DNA of 64,000 nt from Obrimoposthia wandeli (taxonomy: Eukaryota): positions 1 to 64,000 of the forward strand of contig CDROCS010003176.1 of NCBI GenBank assembly GCA_977020255.1, given 5' to 3'. Under the pieces are notes generated by a model that searched no databases, was not told the origin of the DNA, and saw only the letters and a program-made list of their open reading frames with translations. Shown in pieces: positions 39,674-48,950 of the stretch. Both the position numbers and the translations under genes were made by a program. Every line of letters begins with the position of its first letter. The stretch's first letter is position 1.

Positions 39674-41821
39674 TTAAAAATCATAGTTCAAGTTAACACC
39701 CCAGTTACGACCCGGCTGAGTACGGCGATCAATACCTTCAGTAGATGCTGTTTTACCTTCTAGATCTTGGTACTGCCAATATTTCTCATCAAACGCGTTA
39801 AACAGACCAGCGCGAAGTGTTAGATCATTCATTGGGCGGTAGTAAGCGGTTAGGTCAACAACCGTATAGCCAGAAGCATCTACATTGTCGTCTTGTTCCC
39901 AATCCGTTTTACTGGCCACCATAGTAACATTCACTGCACTACCCCATTGTTCGCTTGGTGCGTCGTAACCCAGACCAACAACAGATGTAAATGGCGCAAT
40001 AGTATCTAACGTTTTGCCCGTGTTTTTATCTTCGCCATCAAGATATGCTAAAGATAAACGTGCGTATGAACCCATTGGGGCATTTACGATTTCATCTAAC
40101 CATAAGCTACCTTTAAACTCAGCACCGTAAATTTCGGCCTCATCAACGTTTTCATTGGTTGTAATATCAAGACCGCCAGTATTTACCGTTGAGCTCTTAA
40201 TGAAGTTTGTATAATCGTTATAGAACGCTGAAAGCTCTAACGCGCCCATAGTATTATTTGCGCGTAAACCGATTTCATAAGACTGGCTTTCTTCTGGCTT
40301 CAAATTAGGGTTGGAAACAATTTTATAGCCATGCGCAGCATTATCTTTATCGTAATACAGTTCATAAATTGATGGTGCACGGAAGCCTTCACTGTATTGC
40401 GCATAAGTACTGAAGTGTTGATTCCAATGATATACGGCGCCTAAACGCGATGTGAGAGCATCACTGTTATGATCTTCTAACCCTGAAGACTGATCTGGCG
40501 ACGCTTTGTAATCATCGTATCGAAGCCCTGCCGTTACTACTAACGCTTCATCTAATAGATAGACTTGGTCTTGTACAAAGATACCGCGCTTCTCAGACTC
40601 AGATTTAGGCACTTCTGAACTACCTGGTTTGGATGTACCTGAATCTAAGAAGTAATCAGTGTAATCTAAATCGAAGCTCGCATTTGATGCTGAAAGACCG
40701 TACGTAAGCTCGTGACGATTATTCGTAAACTGCATTTCTTTTTGGAATTGAGCATCTAGCTGTGTACTTTCATCGGTACCAGAACGCGCACGGTTACGAT
40801 TACCGTACCTACCCGTATGATCATAACTGTTATGATCGGCCTCGCTCTTGCTCCAGTTCAGTTTCCATTCTAAAGAATCAAAAGCCACATTATCTGCTAG
40901 CCATTCATGCTCAAAGCCTAGGCGCACTCTTTCATCTTTGTCGTCTGCACGGTTATTGGTATATACGTAGCCCGGCATAAAGCCACCGCCACCATCATAT
41001 CCGTTACGAGAAAGGGTTTCACCATCGGCGCTACGTGTATAGTACTCTCCCGTAAATCCAATGCGGTTGGCATCGTTTATTTGATAGAACATTTTACCTA
41101 AAATATTATGTGACGCGATGTTGAAAGGATTTGCCGCACCACGATCAGGTCCCTCAATGTTCGCCCCATCACCATGAGTTTCAGTCTCATTTCCATCACG
41201 GTAGGTGTAGATCAACATTGTTTCTAAATCACCAATGCGGTTAGCCATTTCAATTGTTGCTTTATATTCATCACTTACGCTGGCATAGCCTGTTTTTAAG
41301 CTAACGTGGCTGTCATCACCGGCTTCCAGTAGGTCTTCAGGTTTTTTTGTACGTAAAAGTACCGTACCACCTAAAGCATCACTGCCGTATAAGCTAGATG
41401 ATGGTCCTTTGTTCACTTCAATGGCTGTTAACGTATCAACTTCAAAGGTATTGGTATTCTTACGCATAACATCTGCGCCAGGGTTATAAGATGATGGTTG
41501 TTCAACACCATCAACCATCACTTTAACGCGGCTGCCAGACATACCACGAATAGTGAAGTCTTCCATACCAAAGCGACCACGTCCATTTACCGTAACACCT
41601 GGCTCATACTTCAATGCCTCTTTCACATCATTCGACAGATTATTTTCCATGTCTTCAGACGTTACTTTAGCTACGCTAGATGGAATGTTCTTAATACTTT
41701 GTTCCGAACGCGTACCTGATACCACTATTTCGTCGAATACTGAAACAGCTTCTTCTGCGTGAAGTGCTGGAGAAAGTGCAATGAAAATCGAGCTTGCGAT
41801 GAATGTAAGTTTTTTACTCAT
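39674..41821 (-). CDS. hutA: TonB-dependent heme/hemoglobin receptor (HutA-like)
   Basis: TonB box DEIVVSG, IEVNKGP.SSLYGSDALGG plug, FRAP and NPNL motifs, C-terminal Phe; Fur box upstream. Confidence 0.85.
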   Translation of the reverse strand: MSKKLTFIASSIFIALSPALHAEEAVSVFDEIVVSGTRSEQSIKNIPSSVAKVTSEDMENNLSNDVKEALKYEPGVTVNGRGRFGMEDFTIRGMSGSRVKVMVDGVEQPSSYNPGADVMRKNTNTFEVDTLTAIEVNKGPSSSLYGSDALGGTVLLRTKKPEDLLEAGDDSHVSLKTGYASVSDEYKATIEMANRIGDLETMLIYTYRDGNETETHGDGANIEGPDRGAANPFNIASHNILGKMFYQINDANRIGFTGEYYTRSADGETLSRNGYDGGGGFMPGYVYTNNRADDKDERVRLGFEHEWLADNVAFDSLEWKLNWSKSEADHNSYDHTGRYGNRNRARSGTDESTQLDAQFQKEMQFTNNRHELTYGLSASNASFDLDYTDYFLDSGTSKPGSSEVPKSESEKRGIFVQDQVYLLDEALVVTAGLRYDDYKASPDQSSGLEDHNSDALTSRLGAVYHWNQHFSTYAQYSEGFRAPSIYELYYDKDNAAHGYKIVSNPNLKPEESQSYEIGLRANNTMGALELSAFYNDYTNFIKSSTVNTGGLDITTNENVDEAEIYGAEFKGSLWLDEIVNAPMGSYARLSLAYLDGEDKNTGKTLDTIAPFTSVVGLGYDAPSEQWGSAVNVTMVASKTDWEQDDNVDASGYTVVDLTAYYRPMNDLTLRAGLFNAFDEKYWQYQDLEGKTASTEGIDRRTQPGRNWGVNLNYDF

Positions 41822-41880
41822 AACCCCTGCTTATAAATAGATTTATTAGTAATTCCGTTGTTGCACAGTATACATATACA

Positions 41881-41905
41881 AATGAGAATTACTATCGTTA
41901 TCATT
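41881..41905. promoter_or_regulatory. Fur box (two overlapping 19-mers)
   Basis: AATGAGAATTACTATCGTT matches AATGATAATNATTATCATT at 16/19; the overlapping 41887-41905 copy matches 15/19. Confidence 0.85.
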
Positions 41906-42051
41906 TAGATTTAATTATTTATAAAGATAGGTACAGTGGAGATAAATATCGACTAATCTATTGAACTTGCTCTTTTTTCAACCAAAGTAATGAAGCAAAG
42001 CCCATAAGGTTCGCTTCGTTACGTTAAAATGGTCTATCTAGAGATTTAGTC

Positions 42052-42086
42052 TTGCTAAGAATAAAGCCGACTGTTAGTATGCGCGC
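42052..42086 (+). promoter_or_regulatory. Sigma70 promoter of rplY with GC-rich discriminator
   Basis: TTGCTA-17bp-TAGTAT with extended TG, followed by GCGCGC. Confidence 0.7.
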
Positions 42087-42151
42087 TCGTTTTTACGACA
42101 TTGAGTAAGGTCGCATTACTCAGTGAACTTATGAATTATAGAGTATTTAAT
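42087..42151 (+). ncRNA. rplY 5' leader (L25 autoregulatory element)
   Basis: Hairpin TGAGTAA-GGTCGCA-TTACTCA; the GGUCGC loop resembles the gammaproteobacterial L25 leader as I recall it. Confidence 0.55.
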
Positions 42152-42430
42152 ATGAAATTTAATGCAGTTGTACGTACTGATCTAGGTAAAGGTGCGAGCC
42201 GCCGTCTACGTCTTACAGAAAAATTCCCAGCTATCATCTACGGTGGCGAAGCTGCTCCTGTTGCTATCGAGCTTCTACACAGTGACGTGATTCACCAGAT
42301 GGATAAGCCTGAGTTCTACGAAGGTATCATCCTAGTGATCGACGGTCAGGAAGTTGCGGTTAAGCCACAAGACATCCAACGTCACGTGTTCAAGCCAAAA
42401 GTTGAGCACATGGACTTTAAACGCGTTTAA
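42152..42430 (+). CDS. rplY: 50S ribosomal protein L25
   Basis: [32 protein letters not shown]; start ATG 42152. Confidence 0.95.
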   Translation: MKFNAVVRTDLGKGASRRLRLTEKFPAIIYGGEAAPVAIELLHSDVIHQMDKPEFYEGIILVIDGQEVAVKPQDIQRHVFKPKVEHMDFKRV

Positions 42431-42452
42431 TTGCGTTGTTCATTCTCAATAT

Positions 42453-42478
42453 AAAAGCGCCTTATGGCGCTTTTTTTT
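42453..42478 (+). terminator. rplY terminator
   Basis: AAAAGCGCC-ttat-GGCGC-T8. Confidence 0.9.
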
Positions 42479-42533
42479 ATCGCGATAAAATGTATATCCA
42501 AACCTACAAACAATATGAGAAAGCGCGCTTAGA

Positions 42534-42785
42534 TTAGAAAAGGTTTTGCTGCGGATTATCATCGACTTGCTGCACTTCTATCGACGCCCCTTTTGCACGG
42601 CGTAAAATACGTAAATAACGTTGCTTACACAGCCTAATTACCTGCCGTTTTTGATCTGACGTCATTGCTTGCCAATTAAAACGCTCATCTCGGCTGCGAT
42701 AGCACCCTTTACAGTACCCTCGGTTATTCACTAGGCATATTCCAACACAAGGGCTAGGTATGGTGAAGAAATCTAATTGCTCCAT
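42534..42785 (-). CDS. DUF1289 family protein
   Basis: IPSPCVGIC..GYCKGCYRSRDERFNW Cys pattern. Confidence 0.85.
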   Translation of the reverse strand: MEQLDFFTIPSPCVGICLVNNRGYCKGCYRSRDERFNWQAMTSDQKRQVIRLCKQRYLRILRRAKGASIEVQQVDDNPQQNLF

Positions 42786-43015
42786 TTTCCCCTCGCTATG
42801 AAATAGAACTCTATTAACACTGAGTTTATACCACGTTAGCGCTATGAACCTTTTTGTACAAACTCTTCGTTACAAAATATCAATTTATGCAACTAACTTG
42901 CTAAAGTATGCTTTATTCTGGTAAGGTTCGGGTGGTTATTAAGATTGATAACAGGATTGTAATTAATCGCATCATTGTATTTTATGTCAATATCGATGCA
43001 CATCAGGAGGGATTC

Positions 43016-43327
43016 ATGGATTTTTTTGTACCATCTTCGTCTAACCCAGCTCAGGCTGAATCAGTTTTTTCTTCTATTGCTCAACACGTTGCAGCCCCGT
43101 CTCAAAAGAAGCGTATTCATAAACTTCAATGGAAGCACGAAGGCGAAATTTGTGCTTGTGAAGTAGGTGAAACATTACCTAACGTATTCCGTACCGACGA
43201 GAAAGTATTAGCTATTTTTGATTGTGGTGATGTATTCAAAGTATGTACACCAAGCCGTGGAGCAATCAAGTTTGACCCCATTCATGCGAGTAAATCAGCG
43301 GTAATTGATGTTGAGTTCTTCGATTAA
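43016..43327 (+). CDS. Hypothetical protein (103 aa)
   Basis: AGGAGG RBS before ATG 43016; terminator-like hairpin at 43351-43374. Confidence 0.7.
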   Translation: MDFFVPSSSNPAQAESVFSSIAQHVAAPSQKKRIHKLQWKHEGEICACEVGETLPNVFRTDEKVLAIFDCGDVFKVCTPSRGAIKFDPIHASKSAVIDVEFFD

Positions 43328-43560
43328 TAAACTCTTATCTATTTCAGTCCAAACGCGCTAATTAGCGCGTTTTCAATATCGTTTCAGTTCAGAATAACTC
43401 ACACCATAATCCTTAGATCGCAGTCTAACCATCTAGTTACACTTTTATCATTTAATTACTTGATATGCGCTTAATAAATCATATTAAATTCAAGTAATCC
43501 TCTCATTCCCAGATTCGCATCGCAAATTATCTACTGCCATTTTGGTACAAACATAAGTAT

Positions 43561-43617
43561 TACCAATCGTATTAAGTCACTGTTCATTCAGCGATTATCA
43601 TTTAACGAGTCGGTATA
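43561..43617 (+). repeat. MITE-like repeat family 2, internally deleted copy
   Basis: First 29 nt match 47474-47502 at 23/29 positions; degenerate right end GAGTCGGTATA. Confidence 0.6.
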
Positions 43618-43658
43618 ACTCAGTCAAAAACCTTTATGTTCGCCAAAAAGGACCCTTT

Positions 43659-44969
43659 ATGAAATACACTTTAGCAGCAGCGCTAATTGCCAGTTTACTG
43701 ACACCGGCTGCGCTTGCAGATCAACAAGTGATTGCGGGATATTTTGCAGACTGGCAATATGCAAATAAGCAAAAGCCTTACACCGTTAAAGATATTCCGG
43801 CAGACAAGCTAACGCATGTGATCTATGCATTTCTGAGTATGTGCGGACCACATACCGGGGCGTCAGAAAAAGTACAGCAACAAGTTACCTCAGCATGTAA
43901 AGACAAAGCCCCTTTCAGCGCGATTGTCGTCGACAGGGAAGCGGCACTTGATATCAATTTTGGTGCAGTCAGTGTTAACGTTCCTTACCAGGGCCACTTT
44001 GCCCAACTTGCCGAGCTTAAAAAGCAACATCCGGATCTGACCATCTTACCTTCCTTCGGTGGCTGGACTATGTCTGAACCTTTCCATGCTATGGCCAAAG
44101 ATCAAGCAAGTATTCGTCAGTTTGCAAAAACTGCTGTAGCGCTGATTGCAGAATATGATTTTTTTGGCGGTATCGATCTTGACTGGGAATACCCAGGTGG
44201 TGGTGGCTTAACAACATCCCCTTGGAATGAAAACACAAAATTGTCGGAAGTTCAAAAAGCGGCAGAGCGTGACGCCTACACTTTTCTGGTTAAAACACTG
44301 CGTGCAGAACTGGATCAACTGGAAAAAACAACTGCGCGCGACTACGAGCTCTCTACCGCTGTAGGTGTTGGCCCTAAGGCGGCACAAATTGACTGGTCAG
44401 GCGCTGCGCCTTACCTGACGCATATGTTTGCGATGACCTACGACTTTCTTGGTGGCTGGGGCCAGCAGACTGGTCATCTCACAAACTTACATGCCACAGA
44501 GCGGAGCTGGTGGGGAATGGGCGCAGATGCTTTCATCAATCAGATGATTGAAATCGGGATCCCGAGTGAAAAACTGGTGCTTGGTGCCGCGTATTATGGG
44601 CGTGGCTGGGAAGGCACCCAGAACTTTGATGGTAAACTGCCAACCGCCACACTCATATCAGAAAAAGGGGCGAGCATAGGTACTGACAAAGATGAACCGG
44701 GCTATTTTATGTACTGGGATCTGAAGCAGAACTACACCCCGAAGCAGGGTTACACATACGGCTATGATAAAGCGTCTGAAGCCCCATTCTTGTGGAACCC
44801 TGAGAAAAGAGTCTTCATCAGTTTTGATGATAAACGCTCGATTAAAGCTAAAACTGAGTGGGTAAAACAAAAAGGCCTCGCTGGTATGTTTACCTGGGAG
44901 CTTTCGGGTGATCCAAACGGCGAATTGACCGAAATCATGTATCAAACATTGAAAGCTGATAAACCCTAA
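43659..44969 (+). CDS. Secreted GH18 chitinase (catalytic domain only)
   Basis: Signal peptide, SFGGWT, catalytic DLDWEYP, MTYDF, GMFTWELSGD. Confidence 0.92.
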   Translation: MKYTLAAALIASLLTPAALADQQVIAGYFADWQYANKQKPYTVKDIPADKLTHVIYAFLSMCGPHTGASEKVQQQVTSACKDKAPFSAIVVDREAALDINFGAVSVNVPYQGHFAQLAELKKQHPDLTILPSFGGWTMSEPFHAMAKDQASIRQFAKTAVALIAEYDFFGGIDLDWEYPGGGGLTTSPWNENTKLSEVQKAAERDAYTFLVKTLRAELDQLEKTTARDYELSTAVGVGPKAAQIDWSGAAPYLTHMFAMTYDFLGGWGQQTGHLTNLHATERSWWGMGADAFINQMIEIGIPSEKLVLGAAYYGRGWEGTQNFDGKLPTATLISEKGASIGTDKDEPGYFMYWDLKQNYTPKQGYTYGYDKASEAPFLWNPEKRVFISFDDKRSIKAKTEWVKQKGLAGMFTWELSGDPNGELTEIMYQTLKADKP

Positions 44970-44989
44970 TCATTTATACAGCTAAATCA

Positions 44990-45024
44990 TGCAGGAATTA
45001 ACGACTGTTAATTCTTGCAAAAAA
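44990..45024. terminator. Hairpin terminator between convergent chitinase and polB
   Basis: TGCAGGAATTAAC-gact-GTTAATTCTTGCA-AAAAA. Confidence 0.7.
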
Positions 45025-45029
45025 TACCG

Positions 45030-47423
45030 TTAAAATAACCCTATCTGGGGTGCGGTAATATCATCAAAATACTTACCGATAAACGGTAAAATACCATCTG
45101 CAACTGGCTTTAATTGCTTTTCAAGATAATGATTATAGTCAATCGGGCTTTGTCGATACTCTTTCGGCTCTGAGCCAGAGGTTGTAAATACATACTCGAT
45201 CACCCCTTTATTTTGGTATTGCAGCGGGCGACCAAGTTTGGCATTCATTTCATCAGCCATTCGGGCTGCGCGTACTTGTGGTGGGATATTTTTTTGGTAT
45301 TCATCAAGGTTTCGTCTTAAACGCTTGCGGTATACCAAACGATCATCAAATACCCCTGCTAATGTTTTATTGGTGTAATCACGAATATATTCATCGGGAT
45401 CTTGGTCATGAAAAACCATCTCATATAAGGTTTTCTGGAATTCCTGAGCTAATGGCGTCCAATCTGTACGGACCGTTTCTAATCCTTTAAAGATCAGCTT
45501 CTCTTTATCATCTTGAACAATTAACCCTGCATAACGCTTTTTACTGCCTGTTTCAGATCCACGAATCGTCGGCATTAAAAACTTATGGTAATGGGTTTCG
45601 TATTCAAGCTCTAAATAACATTCAAGATTGAAATCATCTTTTAGCCGCCGTATCCATTCAGCGTTAATGCTTTTCACCAACTGGTTACCTACAATATCCG
45701 CTTCTTCTTGGGTATGGCTTTTACCTAATGAAACAAAAACAGAATCTGTATCACCGTAAATAACGTTATAACCGCTGTCTTTATAACCGTTATCTTCAAT
45801 CAGATCTTTCGTGACCGATAATATTTCATGACCGCGCATCGTAATTGACGAAGCCAATCGATGATCGAAAAAGCGGCAACCCGATGAACCAAGTACACCA
45901 TAGAATGAGTTCATGATGATCTTAATCGCTTGAGAAAAAGCTTTTTCACCATCACGCTTTGCTTGATCACGCGCAGACCACAGTTCTTCGATCATCGCGG
46001 GCAAAAAGTGTTTTTCACGATGAAACTGTCCGCCACGAAAACCCGAAATCGCTTGGTTAGGCAACTTACCTTCATCTTGTAATAACCCTTCCACCAACCC
46101 CATAGGATCAATACGAAATGAGCGAATAATCGACGGATACAATGATTTAAAATCCAGTACCAGTACCGAATTATATAAACCGGGATTAGAATCCATCACA
46201 TAGCCACCGGGGCTTGCTATCCAGTTCTCACTGACAAGATTTGGGGCTACATATCCGGCACGGTGTAATTGCGGCAAGTACAAATTGGTAAACGCTGCAA
46301 CTGAGCCGCCCACTCTATCTAGCTCTACACCTGTTAGACGGCTTCGCTCAATCGCGAAATCGAGTAAATGGGTATACTCAAATATACGGGTAACCAGCTT
46401 ACAATCTTGTAAGTTATATTTAGCCAACGACAACTTATCGTTTTTAAACATGTGGTTAATTTCAGCCATACGATCATGCACATTATGAATATGCTTACCT
46501 TCGCCTAACAGCTCTTGCGACACAGAATCTAGCGACCAAGAACGAAAGTTATAGGTTGCCGTTTTTAATGTATCAATACCATCGAGCACTACACGACCAG
46601 GAATAGAGATAAAACCTTGATTAGGGTTTTGACTAGATTGACGCCAATGCGGTGTTTGTTTACCACGACCAATACGTAAACTGATTGCATTCCATTCAGC
46701 ACGTTTTAGTAATAAGCGGAAATCAAAATCAATCACATTCCAGCCAATAATGATGTCGGGATCATACTGAATAAACCATGATTCAAGCGCCAACAATAAT
46801 GCTTTTTCTGATTCGACCCACTGAATCCATTGCTCGCCTTCTTCATCCGCTTTTGGCTCACCTATCATAATGACACGGCTATCCATATCACTATGCAAGC
46901 CTACCGAGTACAACACGCCTTTTTCTGAACACTCTATATCAAGCGATACAATCGACAAGTCAGGGACATAGTCAGTCGCTTTGGCTTTCACTTGTGAATA
47001 TTCAGTGTGCCCTAGTTTTTCTTTCGCAACCCCCGTAAAGGTAATGCCTCCACGAATGAACCGCTCCATCAAAAAGCGGTCAGCAAGGCGAATATCATAT
47101 TCAAACACCTCTATTCCTTCATTATTTAAGACCTTAGAAACTTGAAGGCTGTCTCTTATAGTTTGGGTATAGCAGGCAAAAAGTGACTGTTGCTGAAAAG
47201 TTTTAAGGGGTAATGGTTTCCAATCGACTTGAAGGTTAGCGGTTCGTAGCGCATTGTCGGCTTGTTTTTGCACATCAGAAGGGACAAAACACACTGGTTT
47301 GTCACCAATAATTAATAATCGAGCAGGACCTTGATCCGTTTTAACCCACAACACGACTTCGGTCTGACCTTGGGCATCACGACTTTGGCGTGTTAAAACG
47401 AAACCAGTAGATTGAACCTGCAA
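45030..47423 (-). CDS. polB: DNA polymerase II
   Basis: Exonuclease DIE and GWNVIDFD, LDFKSLYPSII, KIIMNSFYG, YGDTDS, KKRYAG; TTG start 47423 with GAGG RBS. Confidence 0.95.
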   Translation of the reverse strand: MQVQSTGFVLTRQSRDAQGQTEVVLWVKTDQGPARLLIIGDKPVCFVPSDVQKQADNALRTANLQVDWKPLPLKTFQQQSLFACYTQTIRDSLQVSKVLNNEGIEVFEYDIRLADRFLMERFIRGGITFTGVAKEKLGHTEYSQVKAKATDYVPDLSIVSLDIECSEKGVLYSVGLHSDMDSRVIMIGEPKADEEGEQWIQWVESEKALLLALESWFIQYDPDIIIGWNVIDFDFRLLLKRAEWNAISLRIGRGKQTPHWRQSSQNPNQGFISIPGRVVLDGIDTLKTATYNFRSWSLDSVSQELLGEGKHIHNVHDRMAEINHMFKNDKLSLAKYNLQDCKLVTRIFEYTHLLDFAIERSRLTGVELDRVGGSVAAFTNLYLPQLHRAGYVAPNLVSENWIASPGGYVMDSNPGLYNSVLVLDFKSLYPSIIRSFRIDPMGLVEGLLQDEGKLPNQAISGFRGGQFHREKHFLPAMIEELWSARDQAKRDGEKAFSQAIKIIMNSFYGVLGSSGCRFFDHRLASSITMRGHEILSVTKDLIEDNGYKDSGYNVIYGDTDSVFVSLGKSHTQEEADIVGNQLVKSINAEWIRRLKDDFNLECYLELEYETHYHKFLMPTIRGSETGSKKRYAGLIVQDDKEKLIFKGLETVRTDWTPLAQEFQKTLYEMVFHDQDPDEYIRDYTNKTLAGVFDDRLVYRKRLRRNLDEYQKNIPPQVRAARMADEMNAKLGRPLQYQNKGVIEYVFTTSGSEPKEYRQSPIDYNHYLEKQLKPVADGILPFIGKYFDDITAPQIGLF

Positions 47424-47469
47424 GAAAACCTCAGTAGCTGTGAGCAATAAAGAAAAAACACGGGGTTAT

Positions 47470-47478
47470 ATTATACCA
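47470..47478 (-). promoter_or_regulatory. Extended -10 (TGgTATAAT) at the MITE junction, facing polB
   Basis: Reverse strand reads ATTGG-TATAAT, about 47 bp upstream of the polB start. Confidence 0.6.
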
Positions 47479-47634
47479 ATCTAAATGAGTATCTGTTCAT
47501 TCTTGCTGGTTAAAACCGATAATAACTGCGTTAGAAATTTTATAATTAGAGCCACTAGTTACTTCATTTTCTATCTTGTTCTTACCGATTTTTTCTGCGC
47601 AAATTTATGAAAATTTACTTATCTAAATTGGTAT
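47473..47634. mobile_element. MITE-like element family 2 (162 bp)
   Basis: Terminal inverted repeats ATACCAAT../..ATTGGTAT, non-coding, related copies at 43561 and 62553. Confidence 0.75.
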
Positions 47635-48443
47635 TAACCAATTTTACGTTCAATTTTGTCAAATTCTGCCACTATCCAACCGCCAAATTGTTCAATCATA
47701 AATAATGACGCACGCTTAGGCACTTGTGTTCCGTCGATTAAGGTAAATAAGCGTTCAATTTCGATATTTTTCTCAGGGTAATAACACAAAAATATATCAG
47801 CACAATCACTCAAGGAATGTGCCAAACACTTTTCACGATGCATGACTAACGCAAAACAACTACGCAGCATTTTTTTACTGATGAATTGGCAATATTCTAC
47901 GTAGTTTTTAATCACTTTTGTGGTCATTATCTTTTGGCGATAATCCGCTAACATTGCCTTAATATCACCGTTCATGGCTTTAGCAACATCCCAGCTTGGT
48001 TCAAAGCAACCAAACCGTGTCGATAAATCGTCACCGTATAAACATACGCAGCAATGTTTAAGCCAAAAGCCCCACTCAAATATGCCACCAATTGAAACAA
48101 CTTCGCTCAATTGCCCCACACGCATATCAACACTCGCTACTTTCGGTTGATAGGTGGTTATACGCCACTTAACAGTATTTAAAACTGATTCTTCTGATGA
48201 ACTCAGATTACGGCTAAGCACAACCGTGACATTTAAATCAGACGATCCCCATACTGCTTTTCGTTGAGCAACACTGCCATCTAAATAAACACTATGAAGT
48301 GCCGATCCAAGACCAGCCCGAAGTTGATTAACCATATCAATCAAAATTGGCGTGTATTCTGGTTGAAAAGGTGTTTGATTATCTAAAGTTGGTAACGCTG
48401 CTGCCACTTGTTCACTCTCGCTATTATTCTTTTGTAAGCGCAC
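47634..48443 (-). CDS. Pol-beta-fold nucleotidyltransferase domain protein
   Basis: SVYLDGS-x11-DLN motif followed by a helical C-terminal domain. Confidence 0.7.
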   Translation of the reverse strand: MRLQKNNSESEQVAAALPTLDNQTPFQPEYTPILIDMVNQLRAGLGSALHSVYLDGSVAQRKAVWGSSDLNVTVVLSRNLSSSEESVLNTVKWRITTYQPKVASVDMRVGQLSEVVSIGGIFEWGFWLKHCCVCLYGDDLSTRFGCFEPSWDVAKAMNGDIKAMLADYRQKIMTTKVIKNYVEYCQFISKKMLRSCFALVMHREKCLAHSLSDCADIFLCYYPEKNIEIERLFTLIDGTQVPKRASLFMIEQFGGWIVAEFDKIERKIG

Positions 48444-48640
48444 AATTTTTTATGCTCACTATACACCTTCATCAACCCGCTAATTCTACCAAAGCTAAGA
48501 TGCAAAACAATCAATGTCTTTTTTTCGTCAAGGTTTTATCCTTGAAGTGTACCTCACCCCCTTTAAATTTGGTATATACCCAAAGAACCCTGCCCTGCTT
48601 GTCGATCGTTTGAACCTCGAACAACTCAACAGCCTAATCC

Positions 48641-48687
48641 ATTACTTCTGGCATTAATTAGATTAACTAATTAATGCCAGAAGTAAT
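48641..48687. repeat. Perfect 21-bp inverted repeat with a 5-nt spacer
   Basis: ATTACTTCTGGCATTAATTAG-attaa-CTAATTAATGCCAGAAGTAAT. Confidence 0.9.
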
Positions 48688-48950
48688 AACAACAATTAAA
48701 CATGCATTTACAAAATAAATAACTAGATTAAACCCATATAGCCAACAAATACAAAGAAAAAAAACAGATTGCTTAATAATCATTACAATAAAAACTAATC
48801 TTATGGATTAGAAAATATAATTCATAATGTTGAGTTTTTGAGACAATACACTTAAATTAACTCGTCGTATTAATGTTAATATCAGCATCGATTTACAAAT
48901 ACTTACAATTTTGAATTTACTTTGTTATTTAACGAAGATGAGGTGTAGTT

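Noticed and set aside
39566-39763. 65-aa ORF after hutA
   Set aside because: Overlaps the hutA 3' end antisense and reads through its terminator
47423-47520. LexA box for polB (also sought upstream of radD)
   Set aside because: No CTG-N10-CAG found by eye in either upstream region
48550-48590. Collapsed ERIC remnant (TACCTCACCCCCTTT..TTTGGTATA; TATACCCAAAG)
   Set aside because: Matches are too short and degenerate to call; kept out of the repeat count
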